DNA from: Lingula anatina
Taxonomy: Eukaryota > Animalia > Brachiopoda
Direction: 5' to 3'
DNA: 64,000 nt
Assembly: GCA_051362555.1 (NCBI GenBank)
Contig: CM120648.1
Coordinates: forward strand, 4,522,587 to 4,586,586
A program made the translations under genes and the position numbers. This document shows positions 12,995 through 26,868 of the stretch, piece after piece. The stretch's first letter is position 1. Each line of letters starts with the position of its first letter. The notes under the pieces were generated by a model, which saw nothing but the letters and a program-made list of their open reading frames with translations, ran no database searches and was not told where the DNA came from.

Positions 12995-14065
12995 CCAAAT
13001 TGTGTCTGCTGTGACAGGGTTGCTCACCTAACACATTAAGTCACAACCAGATCGACATCTTTTTTGACCTGATTGTGATGATTGCATCAGGTGTTCCACC
13101 AGACGCAATCTGCCTTAACTCTGTGCCCAAAATGTGCCTAAACTAGGTGGATGTAATTTGGGATTGCGATAGGTGTGCTGGTTGTCTCAACTCACACATT
13201 GTGCATTGCTGAGCTTTGATTGTCAACATTGTATTGAATTTTCAATTTAGAAATAGTCCTTTGTGTGCAATTAACTGTTTTCCTCTGCCACACATGGACA
13301 AATTATTTTGACTTCACAATTAGTGATGGAACTATAAATGGGTTGTGACAGATGTGCCAAGGATCTCGCCTAACACAATTCCACAGGGAAAGCTACTTAA
13401 TCAGAGCATTGAGAAGCATTGTGTGACTTACTGGAATCACATTAATAAATGATAACTGTTATTGTTTTACACTATGATGGGTAGATTGCCAACGAATGCA
13501 GATGAAAGAGATTCATAAGTTTGACCTTTTAATTGAAACATGACGTCAGGGTTGAAACTTGATCGACAATCGCTGAGAGGTTAATTTTTGATACACATGA
13601 CAATTTTTCTGAAATATTTTATTTATTCATTCAGATTAACAGTATAATATAATGTAGCCAGGCTCTGATCAAACATATACAATTTGGTGCTGTTTTGAAT
13701 GTAATTAACAGAGGGATAAAGTCTCACAATAAAAGTCCTCTTTTGTTCATTCCAATTTTTATCCATCTTTCATGAGTTGCAGGATTTGGCAGTGTTCAGA
13801 TTGATCCTAGTGTTGCAAACCCCCTAGCAAGCAAGGAGGAGGGGGAAGGTTAAGGGGATAAAGAGAACTGAAGGCTTGGCCAGAAAAGATCCACTCTCGA
13901 ATCTGTGGCATTTTTCAAGTTGGATTGAGTAAAGGGAGGGGGGGAGGTCCACTCCTTTATAAGAGAAAGACACCCCCACAATAATTTTGGATAAAAAAAC
14001 AGGCAGACATATCCCTTGCATCAGAGGACCAAGAGTCATTGACTTGTAGTCGTTACAATGCCCAT

Positions 14066-15148
14066 TCAATTTTCGCACAAAAGTGGCCCCAAAGTGACGA
14101 ACGAATGCTCGTTCCTGTCTCCGGTGTCGCCGATACGGAGTCCTGTTATTGGGAGCAACTCCTTGTCGGTGACGTCACCGCTGTCCTCGCGCAGTGCTGG
14201 GTCGTTCCTGTTGCAATTACACTTATTACCTGAAATATACGGTAAATGGTTATAGAAATCATCCAAAGATGTTATATTAGGCCTAAAGCAATTATAGTGA
14301 ATTGAATTTGTGGTCCACGGTTTATGTTGACGTCATGGTTTTCTTTTTCCTAATCTTTACTTCATTTTTAATGACAGCAGCAATTTCAAATTAAAACTCA
14401 ATCGCCAATATCTTTCGATATAATTGGATTTTTAATGCACGCCAGCAACACGCCCAATCCCCATTTAATCTATTTCTATATACGGTCAGCACAGCAGACA
14501 CTCTTAATACTGAACCCGCCCCTCAGAAAATTACTTAATTAAAATTGTCAGGTGTTACTCCTATGTCATCAGATCTTCATGTCCATCTCTTAAAACACCA
14601 AAAGTTAAAGCTCTCCATCCTAAAACGTCTCGTTTTTTCTTCTCTCCCCCCCCCCCACCCCCATTCGCCCATGATCCAAAAGATGAAGAAGGAAAACACT
14701 GCCCCACTGTTAATCCTCCACAAGAGGCACCCAGTCTCAGCCCAATACCCAAACGCCCACACCTCGTTCGCTGTTTTAATGCCCCTTGTCAAGTAGGCCT
14801 ACACACCTCCGGCGCAACTCTTCGTCTTGTAGCACTCACACCCTCCCATGTGGGGGTTACCGCCGGGCCAGTAGGTCTTGATCTCCTTGCCGTTCCCTTC
14901 CCACCAGGAGTAGGGGTCGGTGCGCGAGGTCTCGCTGTAGATGATGGACCCCTGACACTCGTATCTCAACCGTTGCCGGCAGGGACCCGACCTCTCCATG
15001 AGGGCAGAGATGTGCTGACTACTGGTAGCGTATACTATGTCCACTGCAATAGATCAAGTATAATACGATACAGAACAGAAAATTATTCTTTTCCTTGGTA
15101 TGCCTCTCTCCGCTCGTGGCCGCTCCCCGAACCCCCCCCCCCCCCAAA

Positions 15149-15183
<35 letters not shown>

Positions 15184-17456
15184 AAGTAAAAATGCCTCAT
15201 TCAGATATTTTTCTTCAAATCTAGGTGTTGGTCTTCTTTGCAGTTCAAATAAAACACAACATTTACCTCTCTTATTTTGATTTTCTTTAAATGTGAAACA
15301 CCTACTTTACGTAGAAATTACATTCCAACGATCTTTACTACATTACACACTCTGAATGATTCATTTTTCATGGGCTGACGAAATGTGTCCATCCAAAGAC
15401 TTTTCTATTCTTTGTCTTTTTAACACAATCTTTAAATCTTGACCCTCATTTAGCGTTTCCACATTCAAGCATTGTGTTGGTGTTGTGAGCCCGAGTTTTC
15501 CAATGCAGCCACCCTCCACCCCCCCCCCCCCCCCATGCCACACACACACACTTCAGGACATTTACTACCCTTTGACAAGACAGAGAACCAAAATTTGAAG
15601 CAAGCAACAAAAAGTCATCCCGCCTCTATACTTACTTTTATATTCACCCTTTCCCTCAAAACCATCTATACGCATTCTGTCTTCTTTGTCGTGGTGAATT
15701 ACGGCGACAGGGGGTGTCTTGGACATGTCGCACCACACCAGGAACTCGGAGACGCCGCGAAGGCCATCAGGGTCTACTAGGTAGTGACCGTTAAGTGTGA
15801 ACCCGTCTCTCAGCCAGTCAGAGCACGAACGCCGCGCTGAGAAATAGGTACAAACATGAGTGATATTGAATTAACTACTAATTATAAGGGCTCATTCCCA
15901 TTAAAGCTATAATATTGGTCTGCGTAGATGGATCCAACTCCACGGGGACTATCGCTGTATGCTATCAGTGTAAAAGATTAACACACCTCCTCTTGTTTCC
16001 AACATACTCGTATTGTATTATCACCAGCTTTTCTGTGTTTTACTCAACGTCGGAAGGAGGCATGTTAATCTGTAAATCTGACTGCATTCAGCGACAGTCT
16101 CCGCAGAGTTTGGTAGATCTACGTAGACCGATTGTTTCATTGGGAATGAGCCCTAAATGTTTGAAATGCACTCTGGGTGTTAGATGTCCACAGGTAGCTG
16201 CTTGCCTCTCGGTTACTGCATGGACAGTGACTGGAAACGGCAGGGACATGCTGATAGGATGAAGGCGAGTTTCCACGCTCAGATCTAACTCTGAAGTCCA
16301 GGGTGCTTTCAAGAACGGGACTGATTATCTCAGATCATTCAGGGGCACAGTGGCTCGGCTTCCTGTAAACTAATTGTGTATTTCAAAGTCCCACGAACTG
16401 GTAGGCCTACTGTTACCAGAGAGGACAAAAACGTTTTCTTACTTCATAAATGAATAATTTGTCTGCTTCCCACGAATTCACGTGTTGCGTCCTCATCACG
16501 AAGTCAGAGAAGTGTGCATCGCCCCCAGAGTCGTCGCTGGGAATTGCTCGTAATATTACAACATACAACAGCTGTTGGGATTTTAAGTGATTTTTCATGT
16601 TCCATAAATCACATTTTGCAAAATAGATGGCCATTAAAATTGTGAAAATGAGCAAAAACATGTTCGATCTCGTGCCAATGCTAACTACGCATTTCAGTGG
16701 AGTAATTTTTAAGTGCATTCAAGCGTATAAATGTGAAAACTACCACGTAGCACATGTCTGAAAGCCGACATCACTCAACGTTAAATTAACCATAAATTGA
16801 CCCATATATTTTTTTAAAAATTGTCTCTACCTAGCGAGGCACGGTATCGCTGCAAAATATAATCTAATCGTGACAGTCGATGATATCACATTTTCGGTAA
16901 ATCGTAGCGGTTGCAAATTTTTTTCTGGGAACTATTTTTTTTAACTGTGCGGTGTTCAACCTAATATATGGAAACTGATGTGACATTAACTTTACTGTGC
17001 TTTATTGTGCGCATATTTTACTAGCAGTACCGTTAAAACGGTAGTTTATGTGTACCTCGGTACATAGGCTACTTTATAGCTTTCAGTAAACTGATTTACT
17101 TAAATACACCTCTGTTCATCTTTTCAGATCAACCCGTACAAAATTGCAAACATTACAAAACATACAAAACTATCAGAAAATTTACAATAATTAAATTAAG
17201 AAACTTATCTCTTCCCAACACAAGAAAACGAACTTCCTTACAGAGATCTCAATTTGATTTCAATTAAAATTGACCTACCTTGCGCTAAATTGCCGCCAAG
17301 AAGTTGCCCAACCTGGAACTCCAGCGCTCCCAGCCGGTCTTTGAGCTCTTTTTCTTCTTTTCCCTCCTTCTTTCTGTCCTGCTTGTCGTCACAACGGATA
17401 TGCTGTAGAGAGAGAATTAACGCGAGCAACAGCAATGCATTCGGTTTGAAAGCCAT
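14066..17456 (-). CDS. Secreted protein with a stand-alone Caspr/neurexin-IV-type fibrinogen-like domain (4 exons)
   Basis: Exons 17456-17279, 15836-15636, 15043-14807 and 14229-14066 are in phase. Signal peptide MAFKPNALLLLALILSLQHIRC, a short coiled coil, then RSCSDW...GHYLVDPDG...FLVWCDM...IHHD...CRQRLRYEC...SWWEG...YWPGG...CEC...CNCNRND...EDSG...LPITGLRIGDTG...TLGPLLC, the CNTNAP FBG-like signature. Confidence 0.8.
15146..15184 (+). repeat. (AAAT)n microsatellite
   Basis: Direct reading. Confidence 0.9.
15888..16153. mobile_element. PIF/Harbinger-type MITE (family 1)
   Basis: TIRs GGGCTCATTCCCA...TGGGAATGAGCCC with further internal inverted similarity; TAA on both flanks. Related copies at 31980 and 58816. 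Confidence 0.85.
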
Positions 17457-19024
17457 CGCTTTTTTTTTTTCAGATTAAATATATAAATATTTTTATCGCC
17501 AATCAAAATGAAATCTCAGCAGAATGTACTCAGCACAAAATAGATTTTTTTTGCCAAATTATTATGCACGTTTTCTATATCGGCTTCAACTTCTGCAGAA
17601 CTTGAACTTCAAAATCTAAAATCCAGCAGAAACTGCTGGGCGCGGCTTTCGGCAAGTCAGCAAGGAACTAAAATCCAACCAAAAGCCTACACCTTTTAAA
17701 TATTTTTGAGACCTGACCTAGCTCTGGTTTCACATATGTCATCTATCTTGCACGTTATGATAAACTACGGCCTATTCAATACTTGATTTATTTTTCGCAA
17801 ATATCCTGTTTTTCATAGCTACTCCTGGCACCCACTGGACATATATCACAGTTTTACAGACTAACTTTTGTGTGTGTGAGATTTGATAGTAGGTACGTGG
17901 CTTGGCAACAGCTACGTCGTCAAATAAATAATAAAATAATAGGCGCAGTCTGTAGGTATTAACTTGATTTATCTTAATAAGGTGTTCGAATTTTACAATT
18001 CCAGAATTTTCTCTCTACTGCCACGTTTGCGGAGTCATGGACAGAAAAGTTTATTTACGCATTAAAAAATACGCCTTAAGGGAAACCAGGCTTAATGTAA
18101 GGCCTATATATAAGAATCTGTGTGCAAATATACGAAATGTAGGCCTACTCAAAATATTAAAATAAGCAAATTAAATTTGGCTTATGTCGTTTTTCTTTAC
18201 AAAAATAGATTTCTACCATATTATCGGCGTTTGCTTATTGCAAAAAGATGCAAAATTGAAAAGAACTTTAAAAATCGGCGTGGTCCATTTCTCATTTTTT
18301 CAGCTCATTGATGATTTCATGGCAGCGTAATATTAATTCATAAAGACAAGGTAAGACGCTCTCTCAGTTTTGTTATTTTGGTGGTAGCCTCCTGTTTAGG
18401 GTCATTTTATGAAAATAAAAAATACTGGTGGTGGTGGTGGGGGGGTATTTTTCTACGTACGATACATTTTATTTATCGTTTTTAAGCAGTGCGCACATGC
18501 TATTTTTGCAGTTAGGCCTAAAGAAAAAGTAAAATCCATGAAAGCATGATGTCAATATACTTTTTCTTGATGTTGTGTTTTATATCAATCTCTGTCCTAT
18601 TTTCCATTTTAGGCAAACAAAAACATGTGACGAGTGATTGTGTTGGGCAGCTCCTCAACCCCCCCCCCCCCCTCTCTCCCCCAAGCGTTCTTCCCGATAT
18701 GACCCGAAATGACCTATTTCCATCAAAAACAAAGATGGCCGCGTCCATGTGGTGAATCTCGGTGAATCTCTCATTTGAATGTGGTAAATTTCTCTTCTAA
18801 TTATGATCTGGCAGAACATTTAAATGTCGCAGAATCATGATTTATTGCTCTAAGCAACAATAGACGCACCAGTGCGGAGCGATCGCGAGCGAACTAATGA
18901 GAAATTCGTCTGATCCGTGGAAATTTCGTTCAGCAGATTCACATCAGCATTATCAACGCAGTAAATTGAGGAACAGCACATTCCATTTTTACCATCAGTT
19001 TGCCACCAAGGCAAAAGATCTGAC

Positions 19025-20438
19025 ATGGAGGAAGTATTTCTCGGGGGCGTGGCAGCCTGCGGGGCTGGATTTTTCACCAACCCTCTGGAGGTGGTGAAGA
19101 CCCGCATGCAACTGCAGGGAGAGCTAAAAGCGAGAGGGCACTACGCCGTCCACTACCGCGGCGTCTTTCACGCCTTTATAACGATAGCCACCAAAGACGG
19201 GTTATTCGCCATACAGAAGGGCCTCGTGCCCGCTCTTTGGTATCAGTTTTTCATGAACGGTGCCCGCCTGGGGACGTACCAGACTCTCTGCAATAAGAAG
19301 ATAAATACAAACGCTGACGGGAGCGTTAGTGTAGTGAAGAGCATTCTTTGCGGGGCCTTTTCGGGTACCCTTGGAGCCGTGGTGGGAAGCCCGCTGTATA
19401 TGGTAAGACACGGGTTTAAATGATGGAACGGGGTGGCAATCACTTAAATTCTATGTAGATTAATATTTAATTAAATTAATTCCTTTTTTTAGCAATGTAG
19501 TTCAATTATTTTGCCACGTTGAATTAAATTGTTTAAATGAAGTAAATAAGAAAACTTTTTAGCAGCAGTCTTGCCTGAAGCCATTTTGTGGTAATTATGA
19601 TAAATAATAAAGGATAACATGTTTCCAGGTGAAAACCCACCTTCAGGCCAAGTCAGTGGAGGAGATAGCAGTTGGGCACCAGCATAAACACGAGTCCATG
19701 TGGACAGCCTTCCGCCAGATCTACAACCAGTATGGTATCAAGGGGCTCTGGAGGGGGGTCACGGGAGCAGTCCCGAGGGTCACTGTAGGGTCAGGGGCAC
19801 AGCTGGCAACCTTTTCTAAGGCTTGTCATTTTGTGGAAGGAACGCAGGTATGCATGTATTTATGGCATTAGGCTGGTATCAAAGTTCGGATGAAATATTA
19901 TAAACTAAGGTGAAGAAATGAATATAAGTCTTTATTGAATGAATTATGAAATAAGAATATGAAACACTTATCATGTGCTAATCATTTATGATGTTCTTGA
20001 CACTTCATTCTAGATATTCATTAATTTGAATGCTTACAAATTTATTTCAGATATTATCTAACATGTTTACAAATTAGTTTCAGGTGCTTATTATTTCTCG
20101 TGTTTCCATCTTAATTCCAGATATTCAAGAAAGATAGCATACTTAATGCTCTCATAGCCAGCATGATGAGTGGAGTCGTTGTCGTTATCTGCATGACGCC
20201 CTTCGATGTGATCTCAACGCGCCTCTACAATCAAGGCATAGACAAACATGGAAAAGGACTTTTTTACGATGGCTTTCTAGACTGTTTCACCAAGATGTTC
20301 AAATCGGAAGGACTGTGGGGTTTTTACAAGGGCTGGGCTCCCTCCCTCTTTAGATTAGGTCCACACACGGTACTGAGTCTGGTCCTCTGGCGAATGACAA
20401 GGAACTTTTATGCCAGCTTTAAAGAAGAGAAGGCTTGA
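19025..20438 (+). CDS. SLC25A35: Mitochondrial carrier SLC25A35/SLC25A34-like (3 exons: 19025-19402, 19629-19847, 20121-20438)
   Basis: Three carrier repeats [37 protein letters not shown]. Family-specific IAVGHQHKH and GFYKG...[10 protein letters not shown]. Phase-0 GT-AG introns. Confidence 0.92.
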
Positions 20439-22549
20439 TATTTTTGACATGATGATCCTGTTAGGAAGTGTGTTTCTAGCTGAAATGAGTCCAAACTATT
20501 CATCTCAGTTAGCTCTAGTTTTAAAGGAGAAAAGTTCTTATGTTGTTGATGTTCATAAAATCCAGTGATATACAACTTACTGTATGATTAGGGTTCAGTT
20601 TAACAGAAGAACTCTCAAGTAATAGTCTAAAGTAATAGATTGAAATCTTAGTCTACTTTAACCCAGGATAAATCAGTAGTCCACTAACATGAAATATTCA
20701 ATCTGTGTAATAACAGTAGACATTTTAGAACAATGATAACTTTATTTTAGTGGACTTAAGTGGGTCTAATTTGAATTGAAGTAGACATCTCTAATTTTGG
20801 CTGTAAAGAATAGACTCAGCCTTTGGTCTAAAAATTTAATGAAACAACCCCTGTTACAGCTCAAGCTTCCATTGCTCAGGGATCAGGGGAATAAAGCTCC
20901 CAAAAATACTGTAAAAATATTTAGTGAGGATAGATCTGTTCATTATTTTTTTAGTATATGGGAAAGGTCTGACTGTACTGCATAGAGCTGAATTTATATA
21001 TTGAAACCCATTATTGGGACCAAGTGCCTTTAGACAATTATTATACAAAGGACTTTCATGTGTATTAGTTGAAAATAGTATCTCAGTACTATCATTCAAT
21101 AGCTTTTAGTAAGGTAGTGGAAAATTTGCACATTATTATTCACTGTGAGATTTTTTATAAAGATACTCTTGTGATTCATTCACGCCTGATATATGATATT
21201 ATTCTTTCAATTATAGACTGTAGATTATAAAAATTATAAGTTACGACATAAACTTGATATGGTTAACTTAATAGTTTATAGGCTGGACTATATATTTGAT
21301 TTCATTTGTAATTGCTCAGTAAATTAAAACAGTGCGCATTGTTATTTTTATAATAAACCTTGAAAAGGTAGTCTAAGGAAATGAGAAAAGGTTTCAAAAC
21401 TTTATGAGATTTTTAAAGCCCCTAGATAAGGGGTCACTACAACAAAAGAATGAACAGATAGCAAGTTTGTTCTGAAATTGATTCAGCTCTTTCTGTTTTA
21501 GAGCCTACAGTAAGGTTAGCTATTGAAATGTACACATACAAATTGTAAACATTACAATATGTTGTATCTGCTGCACCAAGCTCAATCTTCTTGCAATCTT
21601 CTTTTGTACATAAACTGATTCAGAAATGATATTCAATTTTCAGAAATGCTCAAAGGTCATGTTGGTGATATTTAGAGTCTTTATATAAGATTGTTTACAC
21701 TTTGTGTTTATAATTACAGTACAAGTTAAAGTATTTCCAGTAATTCTTTTAAATTAAAAACTATGTTTCATGTGTTGCATTTGGTCAGTGGGAGGTAAAA
21801 ATTTGGGGTAGTAATTGTTTTGGGGGATGAAAGGATGTAACTGAAAGTCTCCCCATGGCATATTACTTGTATATATACTGTATACAGGGCCATTTACAAG
21901 AGTACATGTACATTGTATGACAAAACATTGTTAGTGCATTTTAAAGATGAAAAAAATGTGAAACAGTGGCAATATATCCAGGACATTGCAAAAAAATAAT
22001 CAGGGACAATACTGTGGTAAATAGCATGTGGTTCTAAACAATGTTTTATGGAACATTTTATATAGCAAGGGTATATAGATTTTATAATTAGACATACAGA
22101 CTAACATATGTATTCATGGGTCATGTATAATAATATGATAAAAATAATGGGATGGCATAAGTATAACAAGGCAAAATATTTTTTTCATGTATTATTGTTA
22201 ATGAAATCCAACTATTTTGAGAAAAAAAGTTGTTTGTTTTAGTCTTAATATTTCTTAATTTCAGTTTTAATGTCTTGATTTTAAAGATATTTTAAAATCT
22301 CAATTGAGCATTTATCTAACTAAAGAAACATTGAATCTAAATCTATAAATTTTTAATTTGAACTGGAAGTAAAACTAAAAATCCAAGTCCCATCATTGGT
22401 GAAAAAATTCAATAATGGAAATTTTGTGTGGCTTTTCTTGTTTTTTTGCATCACGCGTGCGCAAGTGGGGCGGAAGTTGCAGGTTGCATGGAGGCGAGGG
22501 ACTTTTTGATGTTATCATTTTCAATCAGATTTGTGGGTCAATTCTGAAC

Positions 22550-25500
22550 ATGAAAGTCACAATAACGACACTCTCAGACGACATATTCACATTAGATGCT
22601 GCCGGTGACATAGAGCTTGAAAATTTCAAAGCCCTATGTGAATTTGAGACGGGAATTCCGGCTCGAGAAATCTCGATTATGTGGAATGGCCGGCCCCTCC
22701 TGGACGAAAAGAAGACGCTGTCTGCTTATGGGATTAACGATGGGGACGTCCTTCTGCTACAACAGCTGCGGGGACCCCAAGGGAGACCAATTGACACCCC
22801 GCAACCCCCAGCTGGTGCTCAAGTTGGACCAGGAGGTGAGATTTACAGTGTTGGAAGAAAGTTGAAAGGGTTGGCTATATAGTGACACTGACAAGATGTC
22901 AAGTATGTCGACTTCAAAACGAGTATTATTAATCAGCCTCTGGCACACCTGGCTAGAGGCCGATTCTATAGATTTTTGCCAAAGATCTATAAGAAAATGA
23001 CTACTTAGGAGATATGGGTCGAGAATACCGTAGATAAGTGAAATAGCTGGAAATGATTTCTGTGAATGCTTTTCTTCTTACAGGAGGTCAGCTTCCCTTC
23101 ATAGACTTCTCCAGTGTAGCTATTCCAGGCACCTCAGCAGGTGCTAGCCACCAGTCTGCCCAGGGTGGTGCCAGAGGGGGAGGAGGGGTACCCCCAGGGG
23201 GTGTGCCTGAAGACCCTGCAGTTCTCATGGAGATGCTGCTAAGCTCCCCTCATGAGATGTCTCTTCTGAAAGAGAGGAACCCACCACTAGCAGATGCTGT
23301 GTTAAGTAGAAATTTAGGTAAGTGTAAATATTACTTCGGAAATTTCTTAAAATTTTTCAGAACCACTTTCTCTCGTCTCCTGATTCTCTGTAGCATTTTA
23401 CTTTTTTTTCAGGACTCATCATTTTAAAAACTCGCAGAATTTTACTTTTGCCTGGATGTAAACTATCTGATAATATGGAATAAGCAAATGTTTTTATTGA
23501 TTTTCAGAAAAATTCACAGAGGTTCTCAATAAGCAGAAAGCAGAGCGAGCAGAAAGGGAAAGGGAGAGAATAAGAATGCTGTCCGCTGATCCTTTTGACG
23601 CTGATGTCCAACAAAAGATAGCAGAAGAAATTAGGTAATGTAGTGTTTATCTGTTTCCATCATGCTGTAAGAATTATGGCTTGTGTAACAGACAATTACA
23701 TGGATGAGCAATAAAAACTAGTTTATAAGATGTACTGCATGCCTGAAAACACATGCATACACACCTCTACGTGCACATGCCTGCGCACACATTCACACCA
23801 CAGATGCAAGTGTTCAGACACAAACACGTAGACACAACGACACATACACTACAAGTAAAATGACACTTTATGGACATTGGGGATGAACTCAATGATTCAT
23901 GTATAATGCTTTCATGTACCGGTATTACTTTCCTCCAGATTACAAAATGTGGAATCCAATATGGAGACGGCCATGGAGTATGCCCCAGAGAGTTTTGGCC
24001 AGGTAGCCATGCTGTATATAGACTGTAAAGTCAATGGGCATGATGTCAAGGCCTTCGTGGACTCAGGTAAGACAGTAGACTGGAGTATGGCTCTCCTTAG
24101 TCCACAGTAAATAGTTTCATAATCAAGGCCTGGCACACCTATTGGTGTTAATCAACACCTTGCTTACAGTCCCACGCAAATTGTTAAGGGATAACACATT
24201 AGAATGGACACTGCTGAATTGTGTCGCTGAAAGTTTAGTACGATACATTCAAGGTTCTATATATTCTAGGTACACAGATGATGAATATTGATCTGTAAAG
24301 GTTCATTGTTGTCGTGATATTGATTTGTTTATGTTAAAATTTAGTAATTTTGGATCTGTGAATTGTCACATTATATTGACTTATTCCATGAGTTCATATC
24401 ATATCATGAGTCTGAATCAATGGCCATCAATGGTGCTTCAGCTGCAGTATAAATATTATGAACTATTTATTTGTATTATCTGTAGGAGCTCAGATGACAA
24501 TAATGAGCCAGAAGTGTGCTGAGAGATGTCACATCATGCGGCTAGTGGATACCAGGTGGGCGGGCATTGCTAAAGGTGTGGGCACCCAGAAGATCATAGG
24601 AAGAGTACATCTATGTGAGTACTAAAACGTGGTGTATGACTATAGGAAAATTACACCTGTGTGAGTACTGAAATATGGTTTATGATTATAGGTATGGTAC
24701 ATCTGTGTGAGTACTGAAATATGGTTTAATGATTATAGGAAGAGTACATCTATGTGAGTGCTAAAACGTGGTGTATGACTAAAGGAAAATTACACCTGTG
24801 TGAGTACTGAAATATGGTTTATGATTATAGGTATGGTACATCTGTGTGAGTACTGAAATATGGTTTAATGATTATAGGAAGAGTACATCTATGTGAGTGC
24901 TAAAATGTGGTATATGACTATAGGAAAATTACACCTGTGTGAGTACTGAAATATGGTTTATGATTATAGGTATGGTACATCTGTGTGAGTACTAAAATGT
25001 GGTATGTGAGAAATGAATCTTATGTAGTATGTATGTGGTGTACAAGTCTTTAGATTGTAGGAAGTGTAGATTTGTGTGAGTATTAAAACATGGTTTATGA
25101 GATACGAATCTTTTGTAGTATGTACATGGTATACAAATCTCAAAATTGTATGAAGTGTGCATCTGTGTGAGTACTAAAATATGGTATATAACAAATCTTT
25201 CTTCTTGCTGTTTGTTAGTACAAAATATCCTTAATTTCAGGTCAGATACAAATTGGTCCAGATTTCCTTCAATCCTCCTTCTCCATACTAGAAGATCAAC
25301 CCATGGACATGTTACTAGGTCTAGATATGCTTAAGAGACACCAGGTAGGTTTGATATGGTGGCAATGCATTGTGTTTCGTGTGATCTGGTCAAAATGCAA
25401 TGTGTTTGGTGTGATCTGGTCACAGTGCATTGTGTAAATATACAGAGAAAGCAAAATGTTTTGCTAGGGGTAACATTAACTCTCTAGGCCACTTGCCCTG

Positions 25501-26868
25501 GGTATACATGACCAAAGGTGACTTACCCAGATGTCCCCTAATTTTTTTTGCTGGATCTGCAGTTTTAGGCATGTCAGGCAAATGATAATGTTAAGCCCTG
25601 TAAGTATTTTAAGAAAACAAGTCATTTATGTATATATGTTGTGTACTTTCTGTTTCCAGTGCTGTATAGACCTAAAGCGTGGTACTCTAGTCATAGGGAC
25701 AACAGGTACGGAGACGCCATTCCTCACCGAGTCTGACCTCCCAGATCACGCTCGTCTCAATCGAACGGCCTCCGAGGTGGACGAGGGACAGCTTCAGGAA
25801 CACGAGGATCGCGAACTAGCTGAGGCCTTGAATAAGTCCGCCAAAGAAGCAGGTTTGTAGGGATTTTGTGTACTGATCTAATATAGAAATATTTAGAACT
25901 GACAATTTTTTTTTCTGGAAAAACTGACCAAAATTGCTTCTTTGAACAGTACCCCTTGTACTTGCATATTCTGAGACAGTCCTAGGGCAAAAACAGGAAA
26001 TAGTTCAAGATTTGGTTGTGCTGTTAAGCTACTCAGGAGATGTAAAGATGTACAAAAATTATGTACAAATTGTAACATCTGTGGATTTTTGTTCAAATGA
26101 AACTTTCAATTTTTTCTGTAGGATTAAAAGTAAAGAAAAGGAGATGTAAGACTTCTTGGTTTTGTTTTGTTTAGATTCGATTTTTCTCTGATGATTTCTT
26201 CTCATTTTTACTCTTTACTAAAATAATATTAACCAAACTAATATCTGATCAAATTTTATCACCCAGTTGATGTTTTCTTGAAGTTGATTTTTTTACTGTT
26301 TACAAGTACTAAATCGTGGAGTTTGGATTTTGTTTGATACATATTAAGTTCAGTTTTAATGGCTTTTCCTCTACATGTCATCTTGAATTTCTTCAGTCTA
26401 GTTATCTTACTTGTGATCACACAGAGACCAGCAGAAGTTTCTGTGATGAGGATGCAATAATATAGTCACTTTTTCAGTTTTAGTAAAATTTTCCATATTT
26501 TTTTGTTAATAAATAAATTGATTTTTTTTTACTTGTTTTGATTAAGTGCTTTACACAATTCAATATGTAACCAGTCAAATTTTGATATTTTAAATTGATC
26601 GTTTCCAGGAGGCTCCCATTCCAAAGACAGCAAGACAAGCCAACCACAGCGCCCCCTATCACAGTCTACAAGCTCAGCATCATCATCATCATCATCCACC
26701 CCCTCTTCTCAGTCAGGCACAGCCACCTTTCCAGAAACTGTTATCAAAAGAATCATGGATTATGGCTTTCCCAGGCAACAGGCAATTGAAGCATTAAGGA
26801 ACGCTAATGGTAATGCAGAGACGGCACTCGCAATATTACTTGCCTCTTCGTTGCAAATTCCAAAATGA
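22550..26868 (+). CDS. DDI2: DNA-damage-inducible protein DDI1/DDI2 homolog (UBL - HDD - retroviral-like aspartyl protease - UIM - UBA)
   Basis: [18 protein letters not shown]...[11 protein letters not shown]...GDVLLL; [11 protein letters not shown]; [17 protein letters not shown]; [35 protein letters not shown] (catalytic DSG); [17 protein letters not shown]; UIM-like [12 protein letters not shown]; [40 protein letters not shown]. Stop at 26866-26868. Confidence 0.95.
24590..25190 (+). repeat. Intronic ~46-bp minisatellite with 139-bp higher-order period; each unit contains a copy of the exon end and GTGAGT donor
   Basis: AAGAGTACATCTATGTGAGT at 24601, 24740 and 24879 (139-bp period, 3 subunits each), decaying towards 25190. 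Confidence 0.9.

Noticed and set aside
24590-25190. Repeat with variable interiors as a CRISPR-like or diversity cassette
   Set aside because: The variants themselves repeat with a 139-bp period, so it is an ordinary higher-order minisatellite.
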